From an uncultured Anaerolineaceae bacterium (GTDB taxonomy: Bacteria > Planctomycetota > Phycisphaerae > FEN-1346 > JAACEH01), in contig CAZCOA010000002.1 of assembly GCA_964500225.1 (NCBI GenBank), positions 37,022 to 101,021 of the forward strand: a stretch of DNA of 64,000 nucleotides, written 5' to 3'. Shown in pieces: positions 28,215 through 37,437 of this stretch. The notes under the pieces are model-generated. The model was not told the DNA's origin. It saw only the letters and a list, made by a program, of their open reading frames with translations, and made no database searches. A program made the position numbers and the translations under genes. How positions within the stretch are numbered: the stretch's first letter is position 1; every line of letters begins with the position of its first letter.

Positions 28215-29549
28215 CTACTGGCTGACGGCGGCAATGAACGCATCGAGTTCGGCGCGGGTGCGTTTTTCGGTGACGGCCACGAGGAGTCGGTTGCTCATCT
28301 GCGGATAGAACCGTGCCAAGGGCACGCCGCCCAGGATGCCGCGCTTGGCGACGCGGGCCAACACGCGGTCGGCGTCCTGGTCGCATTCGAGGACAAACTC
28401 CTTGAAGAACGGGGCCGAGTAATGGATTCGGAAGCCCTTGATTTGCGAGAATTTCTCGGCCAGGTAATGCGCCTTGGCCGCACAGAGACCGGCCACCTCC
28501 TTCAGGCCGGCCGCGCCTACGAGCGACAGGTACAGCATCGCCCGGACGGTCATCAGGCCCTCATTCGTGCAGATGTTGCTGGTGGCCTTCTCGCGTCGGA
28601 TGTGCTGTTCGCGCGTCTGAAGGGTCAGACAGAAGCACGGCTTGCCGTGGTGGTCCACCGTGCGTCCGACGAGCCGCCCGGGAATCTGACGCACGAACTT
28701 CTTGCGCGTGGCCAGGAACCCCAGGGACGGACCGCCCATATTCATCGGCAGCCCCAGCGACTGCCCCTCGCCGACGGCGATGTCGGCCTCGTACTCGCCC
28801 GGCGACGCCAGCAGCCCCAGGCTGATCGGATCCACGCTCGCGACCAGCAGCGCACCGACCGCGTGGGCCAGTTCGCTCAGTTTCTCCATCGGCTCGATCA
28901 CACCGAAGAAGTTGGGCGTCTGGGTGATCACGCACGCCGTATCGTCGCCCAAAAGACCCGCGATGGTTTCCACGTCCGTCATTCCGTGTTTCCAGGGCAC
29001 GGTCACGGGCTCCAGGTCCGTGTTGATCAGGTACGTCTTCAGACACGCCAACGACTCCGGGTGCAGCGTCTGGGAGACGATGATTTTGCGTCGCCGAGTA
29101 ATGGCGGCGGCCATCAGGGCCGCCTCGGCCACGGCACTGGCGCCGTCGTACAGCGATGCGTTGGCCACTTCCATGCCCGTCAACTCGGCAATCATCGTCT
29201 GGTATTCCCAGAGGATCTGGAGTGTGCCCTGGCTGGCTTCGGCTTGGTATGGGGTGTAGCTCGTCAGGAACTCGCCGCGCGACGCTAATGCGTCAATCGC
29301 CGACGGAATGAAATGGTCGTAAATGCCGCCGCCCAGGAAACTCACCATGTCGCCGGCCGGACGATTCCGCTTGGCCAGGGCGCGCACGTGGCGGACCAAC
29401 TCCATTTCGGTCTCGGCCGGAGGCAGTTTCAGGTCGCCCTTGAGCCGCAGCGCCTCGGGGATGCTGTGGAACAGTTCGCTGTGCCGGGTCAGGCCCAGTT
29501 CAGCGAGCATTTCTTTCTGTACGTCGGGAGGATTGCCCAGGTAAGCCAC
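28215..29549 (-). CDS. gcvPA: glycine dehydrogenase (aminomethyl-transferring) subunit 1
   Basis: Start chosen at GTG 29549 (VAYLGNPPDVQKEMLAELGL...) with AAAGGA 8 nt upstream. Homology to GcvPA over the full length. Confidence 0.85.
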   Translation of the reverse strand: MAYLGNPPDVQKEMLAELGLTRHSELFHSIPEALRLKGDLKLPPAETEMELVRHVRALAKRNRPAGDMVSFLGGGIYDHFIPSAIDALASRGEFLTSYTPYQAEASQGTLQILWEYQTMIAELTGMEVANASLYDGASAVAEAALMAAAITRRRKIIVSQTLHPESLACLKTYLINTDLEPVTVPWKHGMTDVETIAGLLGDDTACVITQTPNFFGVIEPMEKLSELAHAVGALLVASVDPISLGLLASPGEYEADIAVGEGQSLGLPMNMGGPSLGFLATRKKFVRQIPGRLVGRTVDHHGKPCFCLTLQTREQHIRREKATSNICTNEGLMTVRAMLYLSLVGAAGLKEVAGLCAAKAHYLAEKFSQIKGFRIHYSAPFFKEFVLECDQDADRVLARVAKRGILGGVPLARFYPQMSNRLLVAVTEKRTRAELDAFIAAVSQ

Positions 29550-29571
29550 GACAGGATCCTTTCTGGATGCG

Positions 29572-29955
29572 TCAATGATCGGCAAGGGCCTTGTCGTACT
29601 CGGCGGCATCCATCAGATCGTCCAGCTCGGACGGATTTGACATGCGGACCTTGAGGAGCCACCCTGCCCCGAAGGCGTCGGACGAAATGATCGACACGTC
29701 GTCCAGCACGGCCTGGTTGACCTCGATCACTTCGCCGCTAACGGGCGAATTCAGCTCGCTGACCGCCTTGACGCTCTCGATTTCGCCGAACGACTGGCCC
29801 GCGCTGACGGTGTCGCCCACCGACGGCAGGTCGATATAGACCAGATCCGTGAGCTGCTCGGCGGCGTGCTGCGTGATGCCCACCACAGCCGTCGGCCCTT
29901 CCGCGCGGCACCACTCGTGCGATTCGGTGTACTTGCAGCCCTTCGGATTGCTCAT
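29572..29955 (-). CDS. gcvH: glycine cleavage system H protein
   Basis: Internal ATG 29955. 127 aa with lipoyl-lysine motif ESVKAVSELNSPVSGEV. Confidence 0.9.
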   Translation of the reverse strand: MSNPKGCKYTESHEWCRAEGPTAVVGITQHAAEQLTDLVYIDLPSVGDTVSAGQSFGEIESVKAVSELNSPVSGEVIEVNQAVLDDVSIISSDAFGAGWLLKVRMSNPSELDDLMDAAEYDKALADH

Positions 29956-29968
29956 GATGCGTCCCTTT

Positions 29969-31051
29969 CTATGCCCGTAGCAACAACTGCCCCAGCTCGA
30001 CCACCGTGGCCTGCTCTCTGCGGCCGCGGATATCCACGGAGACGGTACGACCGGCTGTGGCCGACGACGCCTCCAGCATCGCCTGGGCGATCGGCGCCTC
30101 ACGCAGCGGCGACCATGTCCCGCTGGTGACGCAACCCGCCTCTACGTCGCCATCATAAACTGGCATATTCTCACGTGCGATGCGTCGGCCTGTCAAGACA
30201 AGACCCATCCGCTTGCGGGAAATTCCCATGTCGTACCGCCGCTGCATCTCGTCCCGGCCTACGAACTGCTTATCCAGGTTGATCGAGTAGCCTAGGCCCA
30301 GTTCCCACGGGCTGGACGACTCGCGCAGCTCGTGTCCGTAGAGGGGCAGCGCGGCCTCGTTCCGCAGGGAATCCCGGGATCCGAGGCCGCACGCCGCCGC
30401 CCCCGCCTCACGCAACGCCGCCCACAGCGACGCAACTGCTTCGGGGGAACCGTAAATCTCGTACCCGTCGCCGCCCGTGTAACCGCTACGAGAACCGCAC
30501 AGCACGTCGCCGTTCCGCGGCGCACTCCACAGATGATATCGGCGCCGCGTCTGGGCGTCGGCCTCGGGCCAGACACGATCCAGCAGGGCGGCCGATGCCG
30601 GGCCTTGAATCGCCATCATAGCCGTCTCGAACGTAATGTCCTGAAGCAGGTGGCCGTAGCCAAGACGTTCGATGTGGGCGACCACGCGCTCGCGGTTCGC
30701 GGCGTTGACGATCAGTTGCCAGGCATCGCGCCGCCGCGCCACCATCACATCGTCCAGGATGTTGCCCTGCGCATCGACGACGAAACTGTAGCGAATGGCC
30801 GACACCGTCATCGTGCCGGTTCGCCGGGTGAGCAGCCGCTCGACGGCCTCGTCGGCCCCGTGACCGCGAAGCAGCAGGCGACCCATGTGGGAGATGTCGA
30901 ACAGCCCCGCGTGCCGCCGGACGGCCAAATGCTCGGCCACAATCCCCTCGAACTGGACCGGCATGCGCCAGCCGGCGAAATCCACCCACGTCGGCCCATC
31001 CTTGGCGGCCACATCGGCCAATGGCGTCGTTCTGGCAGTATCCTGCAGCAT
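29969..31051 (-). CDS. gcvT: glycine cleavage system aminomethyltransferase T
   Basis: 360 aa. ...GLFDISHMGRL... and full-length GcvT similarity. GGAGGA 5 nt upstream of the ATG. Confidence 0.9.
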   Translation of the reverse strand: MLQDTARTTPLADVAAKDGPTWVDFAGWRMPVQFEGIVAEHLAVRRHAGLFDISHMGRLLLRGHGADEAVERLLTRRTGTMTVSAIRYSFVVDAQGNILDDVMVARRRDAWQLIVNAANRERVVAHIERLGYGHLLQDITFETAMMAIQGPASAALLDRVWPEADAQTRRRYHLWSAPRNGDVLCGSRSGYTGGDGYEIYGSPEAVASLWAALREAGAAACGLGSRDSLRNEAALPLYGHELRESSSPWELGLGYSINLDKQFVGRDEMQRRYDMGISRKRMGLVLTGRRIARENMPVYDGDVEAGCVTSGTWSPLREAPIAQAMLEASSATAGRTVSVDIRGRREQATVVELGQLLLRA

Positions 31052-31100
31052 GTGTTCCTCCGCAAAAGGAGCCCAACCTGTAGTAGCACCCCCCTGCCAA

Positions 31101-31122
31101 AATTGTGACCGCCGTCACAATT
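31101..31122. promoter_or_regulatory. perfect CRP/FNR-type palindrome in gcvT 5'UTR
   Basis: AATTGTGACCGCCGTCACAATT, i.e. TGTGA-N6-TCACA with 9-bp perfect arms. Lies at about +9 to +30 relative to the predicted gcvT transcription start. Confidence 0.5.
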
Positions 31123-31137
31123 TCAGTAGGAGGCCGC

Positions 31138-31166
31138 AGTATAGGGCCGACCCGACGCGGATGCAA
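31138..31166 (-). promoter_or_regulatory. sigma70-type promoter of the gcv operon
   Basis: Minus-strand TTGCAT(31166-31161)-N17-TATACT(31143-31138). About 70-nt 5'UTR to gcvT ATG 31051. Confidence 0.5.
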
Positions 31167-31219
31167 GGCCAATTCCGACTGTTTTCGCAGGGATTCTTAC
31201 CAGGTACTCCGGGCCGGGG

Positions 31220-33976
31220 TCACGGCAGCGCGCGGCCCAGAAAGCCTCTGATAGCTCGTATATCTGCCGACGTCAGGTTTCCCGAACCATCCACGTCCAT
31301 GCGCAACGTCGTCGCGGTCAGTGCTGCGCCGGCCGCGCCGCGGGCCGCCAGCATGTCTGCGCTGGTCACCGCGCCCGAGCCGTCCACGTCGCCGGCCAAG
31401 CAGGCGAACCGCCGTGCCACGTCCCCGCCAAACGGCTGGCCGCGGGAGTCGCGGATCGTGTCCAGAACCGTCATCGTGTACCGGTCGGCGTCGGGAAGCG
31501 GTCCGTCAAACGTCACGGTCACCGTCCGATGGTCGGCCGAGAGTGCGGTCTCGACGATCCTGGCCGACAGGTCGCCGCCGGACTGCCCGACAAGCGAGAA
31601 ACCCGACGGGGCGACCGTGGCCGGGTCGGCGGGCTTGCTGAGCGAGACCTCGACCTGCCTGACACCGGCAGCGGGACTGTAGACGAACTCCTCCGGGCAA
31701 GACACGCTGTGCGTCGTGGTTCCGTGGACGCTCGGGAGGGTCCACCCGATGACCTTCCCCGGGGCCGGCGTCTCGAACACGTAGATGTTGACGCCGATGG
31801 GGTTGAAGGCGTCCTCGAACGTGCCGCCCGGACCGGCGGTCCGTTGCCGCTGCTGATCATAGACGGTGATGGTCGTTCCCTCCGGGAGCCCGTCCACCGT
31901 GAACCGCACGGTCTGCGGCGTCCGTTCCAGGTTGACGGCGAACACGTAGAGATTCGCGCCATCGGTCGTCGCGCGGATGTCCACGCGACCCCCGGTCGTC
32001 ACCTCGTGCGTCACGGCCACGGGCGACTCCTCGCCCAGGATCGCCTCGGTCAGGGCCGCGGTCTGATCCACAAAGCGGGTCATGGCAACGTAGTTCTCGG
32101 GCGGCACGGTGCCCTGGTACGGATACCAGTGGATGCCTTTGGCCTGGTGAACGATGGAAAGCCAGCAGACGAAGTCGATCTCGGCCGGCGTCGGCGTGCC
32201 GCCGCCGGAGCCCACCGTCACATCTGCAACGGCTACGTTGGGGATAACCGGCACGAGGCCCATGTTCCATCGGACGGCCTGGTCGGCCACCTGGGCATAG
32301 GCGGCGAAGTTGCCGCTGGAGGTGTTTTCGTTCTCGATGGGGTAGATGTCCCAGGAGTAGATGTCGGCGCACAGGTACGGCCAGATCATGTAGGTCAGTT
32401 CGCCGCGCAGCAGGCCGATCTGAAACGAGCTGCCCATTTCGAGCAGTTCGGTCATGCGTGAGGGGTTGTGCTGCTTGACAAGGTCCCACCAGAGCTTCTG
32501 CGACGCGCCGTCGTAGCCGAAATTGATGGGCTCCTCGCGCCACATCCACCAGGCCACACCCGGATGGTCGGCCAGTTCGGTAAGGTACTCCTCGACGGCC
32601 TCCGGGTTCCACGGAGGCAGGCCGTTACGGTCGAAACGGTAGTCGTGGGCCGGGCCGATCACGGTCATGCCGGCCGCGGCCGCGGCATCCAGATACCGTC
32701 GGTAGCCCGGAACGCCCGGGGGATCGCTGACCCATTCCATCCCATAGAGCATGTTGCAGTAGCGGTTGTCTCGCCAGAGGGGGATCCGGCTCCGCGATAG
32801 CCCGAACGACGTCACGGGAAAGATACGTTGCCCGTTGCGTACGATGGCGTTATCGGCGTCGATGGAGTACTGCGGATTACCGTCGAACGACTTGCGATAG
32901 CTGTACTGTGCGGCGGCCCGTTCCTGCCGCGAGGCATCCAACAGGCGAACGGTCAGGGTATAGTCGGCGGCGGGCAGGTCGCGCAGGTCCACTCGGAAGT
33001 CCGCGCGGCCGTTCAGGGGCCCGTCGCACGTGTACACCGTCCGGTTCAGTCCCAGCGTGCTTGTGAGCTTCGCCTCGACGACGTCCGAGGGCTGGTCGCC
33101 GGTCAGAATCGCCACGACAGGAGCGCCGACGCGCGGCACAAAGCATGGGTGGGCCAGTTGGACGGCCACATCGACCGTGCCGATGGGAGCGTCGTGGACG
33201 ATCACGTCGTCGATGAAGAGCGATCCGCCGGTGGCGGGGGCGCTGGAGGCGGCCGAGAGCAGCCCCACGTTGATGCCGTCGGGCCGCGTCGGCAGCGACA
33301 ATCCGGTCAGGGTGGCTTCGGGAGCGTCGTCGAGGTAGACCGTCAGCGAACCCGTGGGGTCGCCAACGCCGTAGCGGACCTCGATGCAGTACCATCGGTC
33401 GAGGACAAGGTCGGTGGCACCGGTCGCCGTGGCTGCGCCGACAATGGCATGCAACCGAAGGCTGCCGCCGACGTTGCGGATGCCTGCCTGGGCCAAGTGA
33501 CCGGCGTAGCTGCCCGACGGCGGCGGGTTGAACGTGCCGAACGAGAGCAGCGAGATGGACTGGCCGCTCTGGACGGCGAAGTCGGGACCGAGGCGGACAT
33601 AGGCCCGGAGGCACACCAGGTCGCCGATGGTTCGCGGGGCCGAGGTGAACTGCCCCCAGAGCAGGGCGCTGCGGCTCGAGACGGCCGTCTTGGGGATGGA
33701 GAACCGGGCCGAGTAGCGGCCGGAGCGGCGATGCTCGGTGCTGAGTTCGACGACGCCACCCTGGCCGGTGACGACGCGGCGGTACTTGCCGAGATCCCCC
33801 TCTTCCATGGTGAAAGAAAGTAACGTGTCGGGAGCCGGATAGGTGACGCTCGCGGCCGCGGCTCGGGAACCAGACCCTGCGACCGCGGCCAGCGCGGCCA
33901 CAACGGCCACAACACCAACCGTCGGCCACGGTGTGCGGCGCGGGGTCATCAAACCTGTTTGCCGGAACAGACGCAT
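31220..33976 (-). CDS. secreted multidomain protein: LamG/concanavalin-like domain, glycoside-hydrolase-like TIM-barrel region, C-terminal type I dockerin repeats
   Basis: Internal ATG 33976 with GGAGG SD (the listed ORF carries a 122-aa Arg-rich artefactual extension). Signal peptide MRLFRQTGLMTPRRTPWPTVGVVAVVAALAAVAGSG. Dockerin repeats DVDGSGAVTSADML...DVDGSGNLTSADI at the C-terminus. Confidence 0.55.
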   Translation of the reverse strand: MRLFRQTGLMTPRRTPWPTVGVVAVVAALAAVAGSGSRAAAASVTYPAPDTLLSFTMEEGDLGKYRRVVTGQGGVVELSTEHRRSGRYSARFSIPKTAVSSRSALLWGQFTSAPRTIGDLVCLRAYVRLGPDFAVQSGQSISLLSFGTFNPPPSGSYAGHLAQAGIRNVGGSLRLHAIVGAATATGATDLVLDRWYCIEVRYGVGDPTGSLTVYLDDAPEATLTGLSLPTRPDGINVGLLSAASSAPATGGSLFIDDVIVHDAPIGTVDVAVQLAHPCFVPRVGAPVVAILTGDQPSDVVEAKLTSTLGLNRTVYTCDGPLNGRADFRVDLRDLPAADYTLTVRLLDASRQERAAAQYSYRKSFDGNPQYSIDADNAIVRNGQRIFPVTSFGLSRSRIPLWRDNRYCNMLYGMEWVSDPPGVPGYRRYLDAAAAAGMTVIGPAHDYRFDRNGLPPWNPEAVEEYLTELADHPGVAWWMWREEPINFGYDGASQKLWWDLVKQHNPSRMTELLEMGSSFQIGLLRGELTYMIWPYLCADIYSWDIYPIENENTSSGNFAAYAQVADQAVRWNMGLVPVIPNVAVADVTVGSGGGTPTPAEIDFVCWLSIVHQAKGIHWYPYQGTVPPENYVAMTRFVDQTAALTEAILGEESPVAVTHEVTTGGRVDIRATTDGANLYVFAVNLERTPQTVRFTVDGLPEGTTITVYDQQRQRTAGPGGTFEDAFNPIGVNIYVFETPAPGKVIGWTLPSVHGTTTHSVSCPEEFVYSPAAGVRQVEVSLSKPADPATVAPSGFSLVGQSGGDLSARIVETALSADHRTVTVTFDGPLPDADRYTMTVLDTIRDSRGQPFGGDVARRFACLAGDVDGSGAVTSADMLAARGAAGAALTATTLRMDVDGSGNLTSADIRAIRGFLGRALP

Positions 33977-34149
33977 GGGAGGACCTCCTGACCAGAGGCA
34001 TGTTATGCCACAGCGTTGGCACCGTGCCCGGGCACGCATGGCCAACGGTCCCGCCGGCGGCGCGCGATAAAGGCATGGTGCATCATATGATAACTTAATG
34101 GCGGTGTCCGACAACGGCCACAAGGCAGGAGTACCGCAAATCGTGCCGC

Positions 34150-36333
34150 TTATACAGCGGGCAGAGCGGCCCGGACGTCGGCGATACCTTGTTGGGCACC
34201 GACCACAATGAGGGCGTCGCCGCCCTGGATGGTGTCGGCGGCCCGGGGACTGGTGTTGGGTTGTCCCCCACGGCGGATGCCGATGACCGTGACGCCGTAA
34301 CGGTTGCGGAAGTTCAGTTCGGCCAGACTCCGGCCAACCCAATCGGACTCAGAAGGAATCAAAATCTCATCGGCGCCAAAATCGGCGGTCTGGTCCTGCG
34401 GGGACCCGAGTTCGCGTTGTCGCAGGTGGTCCACGGCGGCGGCCGCCTGCTCCGGCGAGCACAATAGCACCATCCGGTCGCCCGGGAACATGCGGAGATT
34501 GGGATCGGGGTTGAAATAGACCTTGCCGGCGCGGCTGATGGCCAGCACCGAGACCCCGAGTTCGCGGCGCAAGTCAAGCTCCAGCAGCTTCTTGCCGGAG
34601 AAGACCGACCCGGGTTGAAGCGTCACTTCCTGGAGCACGGCGGGCCAGTCCTTCAGGCCGGGCAGGGACTGCACGGCCCCGGCGACCGCCTCGGCGGCCT
34701 GCTCGGCGGCATCGTCGAACGGTTCGAGCACCAAGTGAGCCCCGAGACGACGGTAGTGGTCCGCCTGAGCAGGGTTGGCCGCCGTCAGTGCAAGCCGGCC
34801 GGTGTAGTGGATTTCCGAAAGCAGGTTGACCAGTGTGGTGTTGACCTGAAGGTCCCGTACGGTGCAGATAACCCACTTGGCCCGGTCCAGCGGCAACTGG
34901 GCCAGGATCTCCGGGTCGCCGACATCTCCATAGAGGACCGGGAGCCCCATGCGTCTGCCGCGGCTGAGGGCGTCGGGGTCGAAGTCCACTGCCAGAAGCT
35001 GCCACCCGTGCTCTTTCAGGCGAGCCGCAATCGCGCTGCCGTAGTTGCCCATGCCCATCATGATGATCTGGTGCCGGTCGGTCGGGGGCAAAGCGTTGGC
35101 CGTCGTCTCGCGATAGGGGTTCGACCGCTCGAACACGCTGAGCAGGTTCGCCAACCGGGCGTAGAGCGGGCCGCTGTAGAGGATCATGTAGGTGGAGGCG
35201 AAGATGGTCACCAGCCCCACGACGGTAATAAGACTCACGGCAGATTGGTCGATGTGGCCCAGACTGAGCCCGAGTGCGGCGAGAATGAGCGAGAATTCGC
35301 TGATCTGTGCCACGGCCAGCCCGGACATGAAACTGGTGCGTTTGCGATAGCCCATGATGCCCATGATGATCATGACGATCAGCGGATTGCCGACCAGGAC
35401 AAACACCGAGAAGACCGACGCCTTGCCGGCCTCGGCGCTGAGGTCGGCCAGGTTGAGTTGGGCGCCGAGATGGATGAAGAAGAACAGCAGGAGAAAATCG
35501 CGGAGGACCACGAGCCGCGCGCCGATGGCGTCGCGCTGGGGCGACGAGGCCAGGGAAATGCCGGCCAGGAACGCGCCGACCTCTTTGCTGAAACCGAGCA
35601 CTTCGGCCGCCGACGACAGGACCACCGCCCAGGCGATGGCAAACAGAACCAGCAGTTCGGGAGATCGGGCCATATAACGAAGCACGGACGGCAGAACCCA
35701 CTTCATCGTGGCCACAACGACGGCAAGCATCATCAGCCCGCGAGCGAGGATCCACAGGGACTGGGCGAGAAACCCCTGCCCGTCCTGGCGGCCGCCGCCG
35801 AAAGCCGTCAGACCGATCAGCGCCAGGATCGCCACGATGTCCTGAACAATGAGAAATCCCACCGCGATGCGGCCGTGCAGCGAGTCGATCTCTTTCTTGT
35901 CCGACAGCAGCTTGACGATGATGATCGTGCTGGAGAAAGTCAGTGCGACCGCCACGTACACGGCTGTCACCAGCGGCATGCCAAACGCCAGGGCGATGAG
36001 AAACCCCACGAGCGACGTGAAGGCCACCTGCCCGAGCCCCGTGGCCAGAGCCACCGGGCCGACGGTCCGGATCATGGTCAAATCGAGCCGCAGGCCGACA
36101 ACGAACAGTAGCAGCGAGATGCCGATACCGGCCAACAACTCAATCTCTTGAACATCGTGCACCAGCCCTATGCACGACGGACCGACCAGGATGCCGGCGA
36201 ACAGGAACGAGATAATCAGCGGCTGACGAAGCTTCAGACCGATCGCCGCGACACCGGCAGCAACGCCGAGCACCCCGGCCATTCTTGCAAACGGAGTCCA
36301 ATCGAAGTCGCCCATGATCAAGACGCTCCCCAC
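34150..36333 (-). CDS. CPA2-family monovalent cation:proton antiporter (Kef-type) with two C-terminal RCK/TrkA domains
   Basis: 12-13 TM Na+/H+ exchanger core followed by two GxGxxG TrkA-N folds (MGMGNYGSAIAARL..., second RCK with TrkA-C). Confidence 0.8.
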   Translation of the reverse strand: MGSVLIMGDFDWTPFARMAGVLGVAAGVAAIGLKLRQPLIISFLFAGILVGPSCIGLVHDVQEIELLAGIGISLLLFVVGLRLDLTMIRTVGPVALATGLGQVAFTSLVGFLIALAFGMPLVTAVYVAVALTFSSTIIIVKLLSDKKEIDSLHGRIAVGFLIVQDIVAILALIGLTAFGGGRQDGQGFLAQSLWILARGLMMLAVVVATMKWVLPSVLRYMARSPELLVLFAIAWAVVLSSAAEVLGFSKEVGAFLAGISLASSPQRDAIGARLVVLRDFLLLFFFIHLGAQLNLADLSAEAGKASVFSVFVLVGNPLIVMIIMGIMGYRKRTSFMSGLAVAQISEFSLILAALGLSLGHIDQSAVSLITVVGLVTIFASTYMILYSGPLYARLANLLSVFERSNPYRETTANALPPTDRHQIIMMGMGNYGSAIAARLKEHGWQLLAVDFDPDALSRGRRMGLPVLYGDVGDPEILAQLPLDRAKWVICTVRDLQVNTTLVNLLSEIHYTGRLALTAANPAQADHYRRLGAHLVLEPFDDAAEQAAEAVAGAVQSLPGLKDWPAVLQEVTLQPGSVFSGKKLLELDLRRELGVSVLAISRAGKVYFNPDPNLRMFPGDRMVLLCSPEQAAAAVDHLRQRELGSPQDQTADFGADEILIPSESDWVGRSLAELNFRNRYGVTVIGIRRGGQPNTSPRAADTIQGGDALIVVGAQQGIADVRAALPAV

Positions 36334-36460
36334 AGCGTAACGTTGTAGCAGCAGCCGGCGCGGTCGCCGGCGCCGCCCGTGTTGCCGGTATCATACGGCG
36401 CAGTGCCAGCCTTGGAAACCCTGATGGTGCGGCGGCCGGGTCGGGCGGGCGCTGATTGCA

Positions 36461-37303
36461 TCAACGAGGCGACAGGTCCACGGTCGCGCGGCAGCCTGCC
36501 TGGAGGCGGCCGCCGGGATTGGCCAGGCGAACCGTAAGGCGGTAGGTGTTGCTGGCAAAATCGCCCACGGGATCGATGCTCGTGACCGTGCCTTCGTGGG
36601 CCTCGGCGGAGTCGGCCAGCCGGACCGTCGCCTTGTGGCCCTCGGCATAGCGGCCGCGCGTATCCATGGGCAGATTGAGCACGACATCCAGCGGGTCGAG
36701 CTGAACCAGTTCGGCGACCTTTTCCAGCCGCTCGACGGCCTCGCCCACGTCCTTGTGCAGCCGCGTAACCACGCCGTCTGCGGGGGCGACGATTTCGCGT
36801 TGGGCGAGCCGCGCCTGGTCCCGCTGGTACTGAAGAGCGACGGCTTTCATGTTGGCTTCGGCGATCTGCACGTTGATGACGGCGATCTTGAGCTCCAGCT
36901 CGCGTTGCTCAAGCTCGGTGCCGGTAATGCCGCCCTTGTCGTGAAGCGTCCGAGCACGTTCGACCTCGACGGCCTTCTGCTTCTGTACGAGCTGCGCCGC
37001 CTCCAGGGCCTTGTCGGTTTCGGCCCGCAGGCGCGACAGCTCCAACTCCAGTTTCTCGACGGTGGAATCCAGTCGCATCAGCACCTGGCCTTTGACGACG
37101 GCCTGGCCTTCCTTGACGAGGATCTCCTCGACGAGGCCCTCGGTGCGGCTGGCGACGGTAATCTCCAGGCTAGGCCGCGTGAAACTGCGATAACTGTCGG
37201 CGGCAGCGGAATCGCCGGCAGTCTGGCCGACAGCAAGAGCGGCGCCAAGCACCGCGACGACGGTGACGGCGGCGACGCCGACGGCGAATGCGACCCTGTT
37301 CAT
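36461..37303 (-). CDS. HlyD-family periplasmic adaptor (membrane fusion protein), short form
   Basis: Internal ATG 37303 (MNRVAFAVGVAAVTVVAVLGAALA TM anchor). Biotin-lipoyl-like barrel halves flanking a long coiled coil (LELELSRLRAETDKALEAAQL...). Confidence 0.55.
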   Translation of the reverse strand: MNRVAFAVGVAAVTVVAVLGAALAVGQTAGDSAAADSYRSFTRPSLEITVASRTEGLVEEILVKEGQAVVKGQVLMRLDSTVEKLELELSRLRAETDKALEAAQLVQKQKAVEVERARTLHDKGGITGTELEQRELELKIAVINVQIAEANMKAVALQYQRDQARLAQREIVAPADGVVTRLHKDVGEAVERLEKVAELVQLDPLDVVLNLPMDTRGRYAEGHKATVRLADSAEAHEGTVTSIDPVGDFASNTYRLTVRLANPGGRLQAGCRATVDLSPR

Positions 37304-37437
37304 AACTGGCCTCCCGGGGAACATGTCCACAGGACTGTATCGGCCGACGGCAGGCCCCGTCTTGACGGTACACGACGATCGCCGGCTTGACGCTCGGCCG
37401 TGGGCCCATGACAATAGCGGCGCCCTCGTGGCGGAGA

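Noticed and set aside
31052-31137. Glycine riboswitch upstream of gcvT
   Set aside because: The 5'UTR from the predicted promoter is only ~70 nt and is occupied by the CRP-type palindrome and the SD. The glycine-aptamer conserved GGAGAG...CACCGAAGGGGCAA...CTCAGGC elements are not seen.
31220-34342. Listed N-terminal extensions of several ORFs: dockerin protein (to 34342), lipoprotein A (to 44727), M16 peptidase (to 53425), rbfA (from 16724), hemC (to 40048), esterase (from 5841)
   Set aside because: The extensions are Arg/Gly/Pro-rich and lack SD sequences. Internal ATG/GTG starts are preceded by SD-like sequences and followed directly by signal peptides or conserved family N-termini, so the shorter calls were used.
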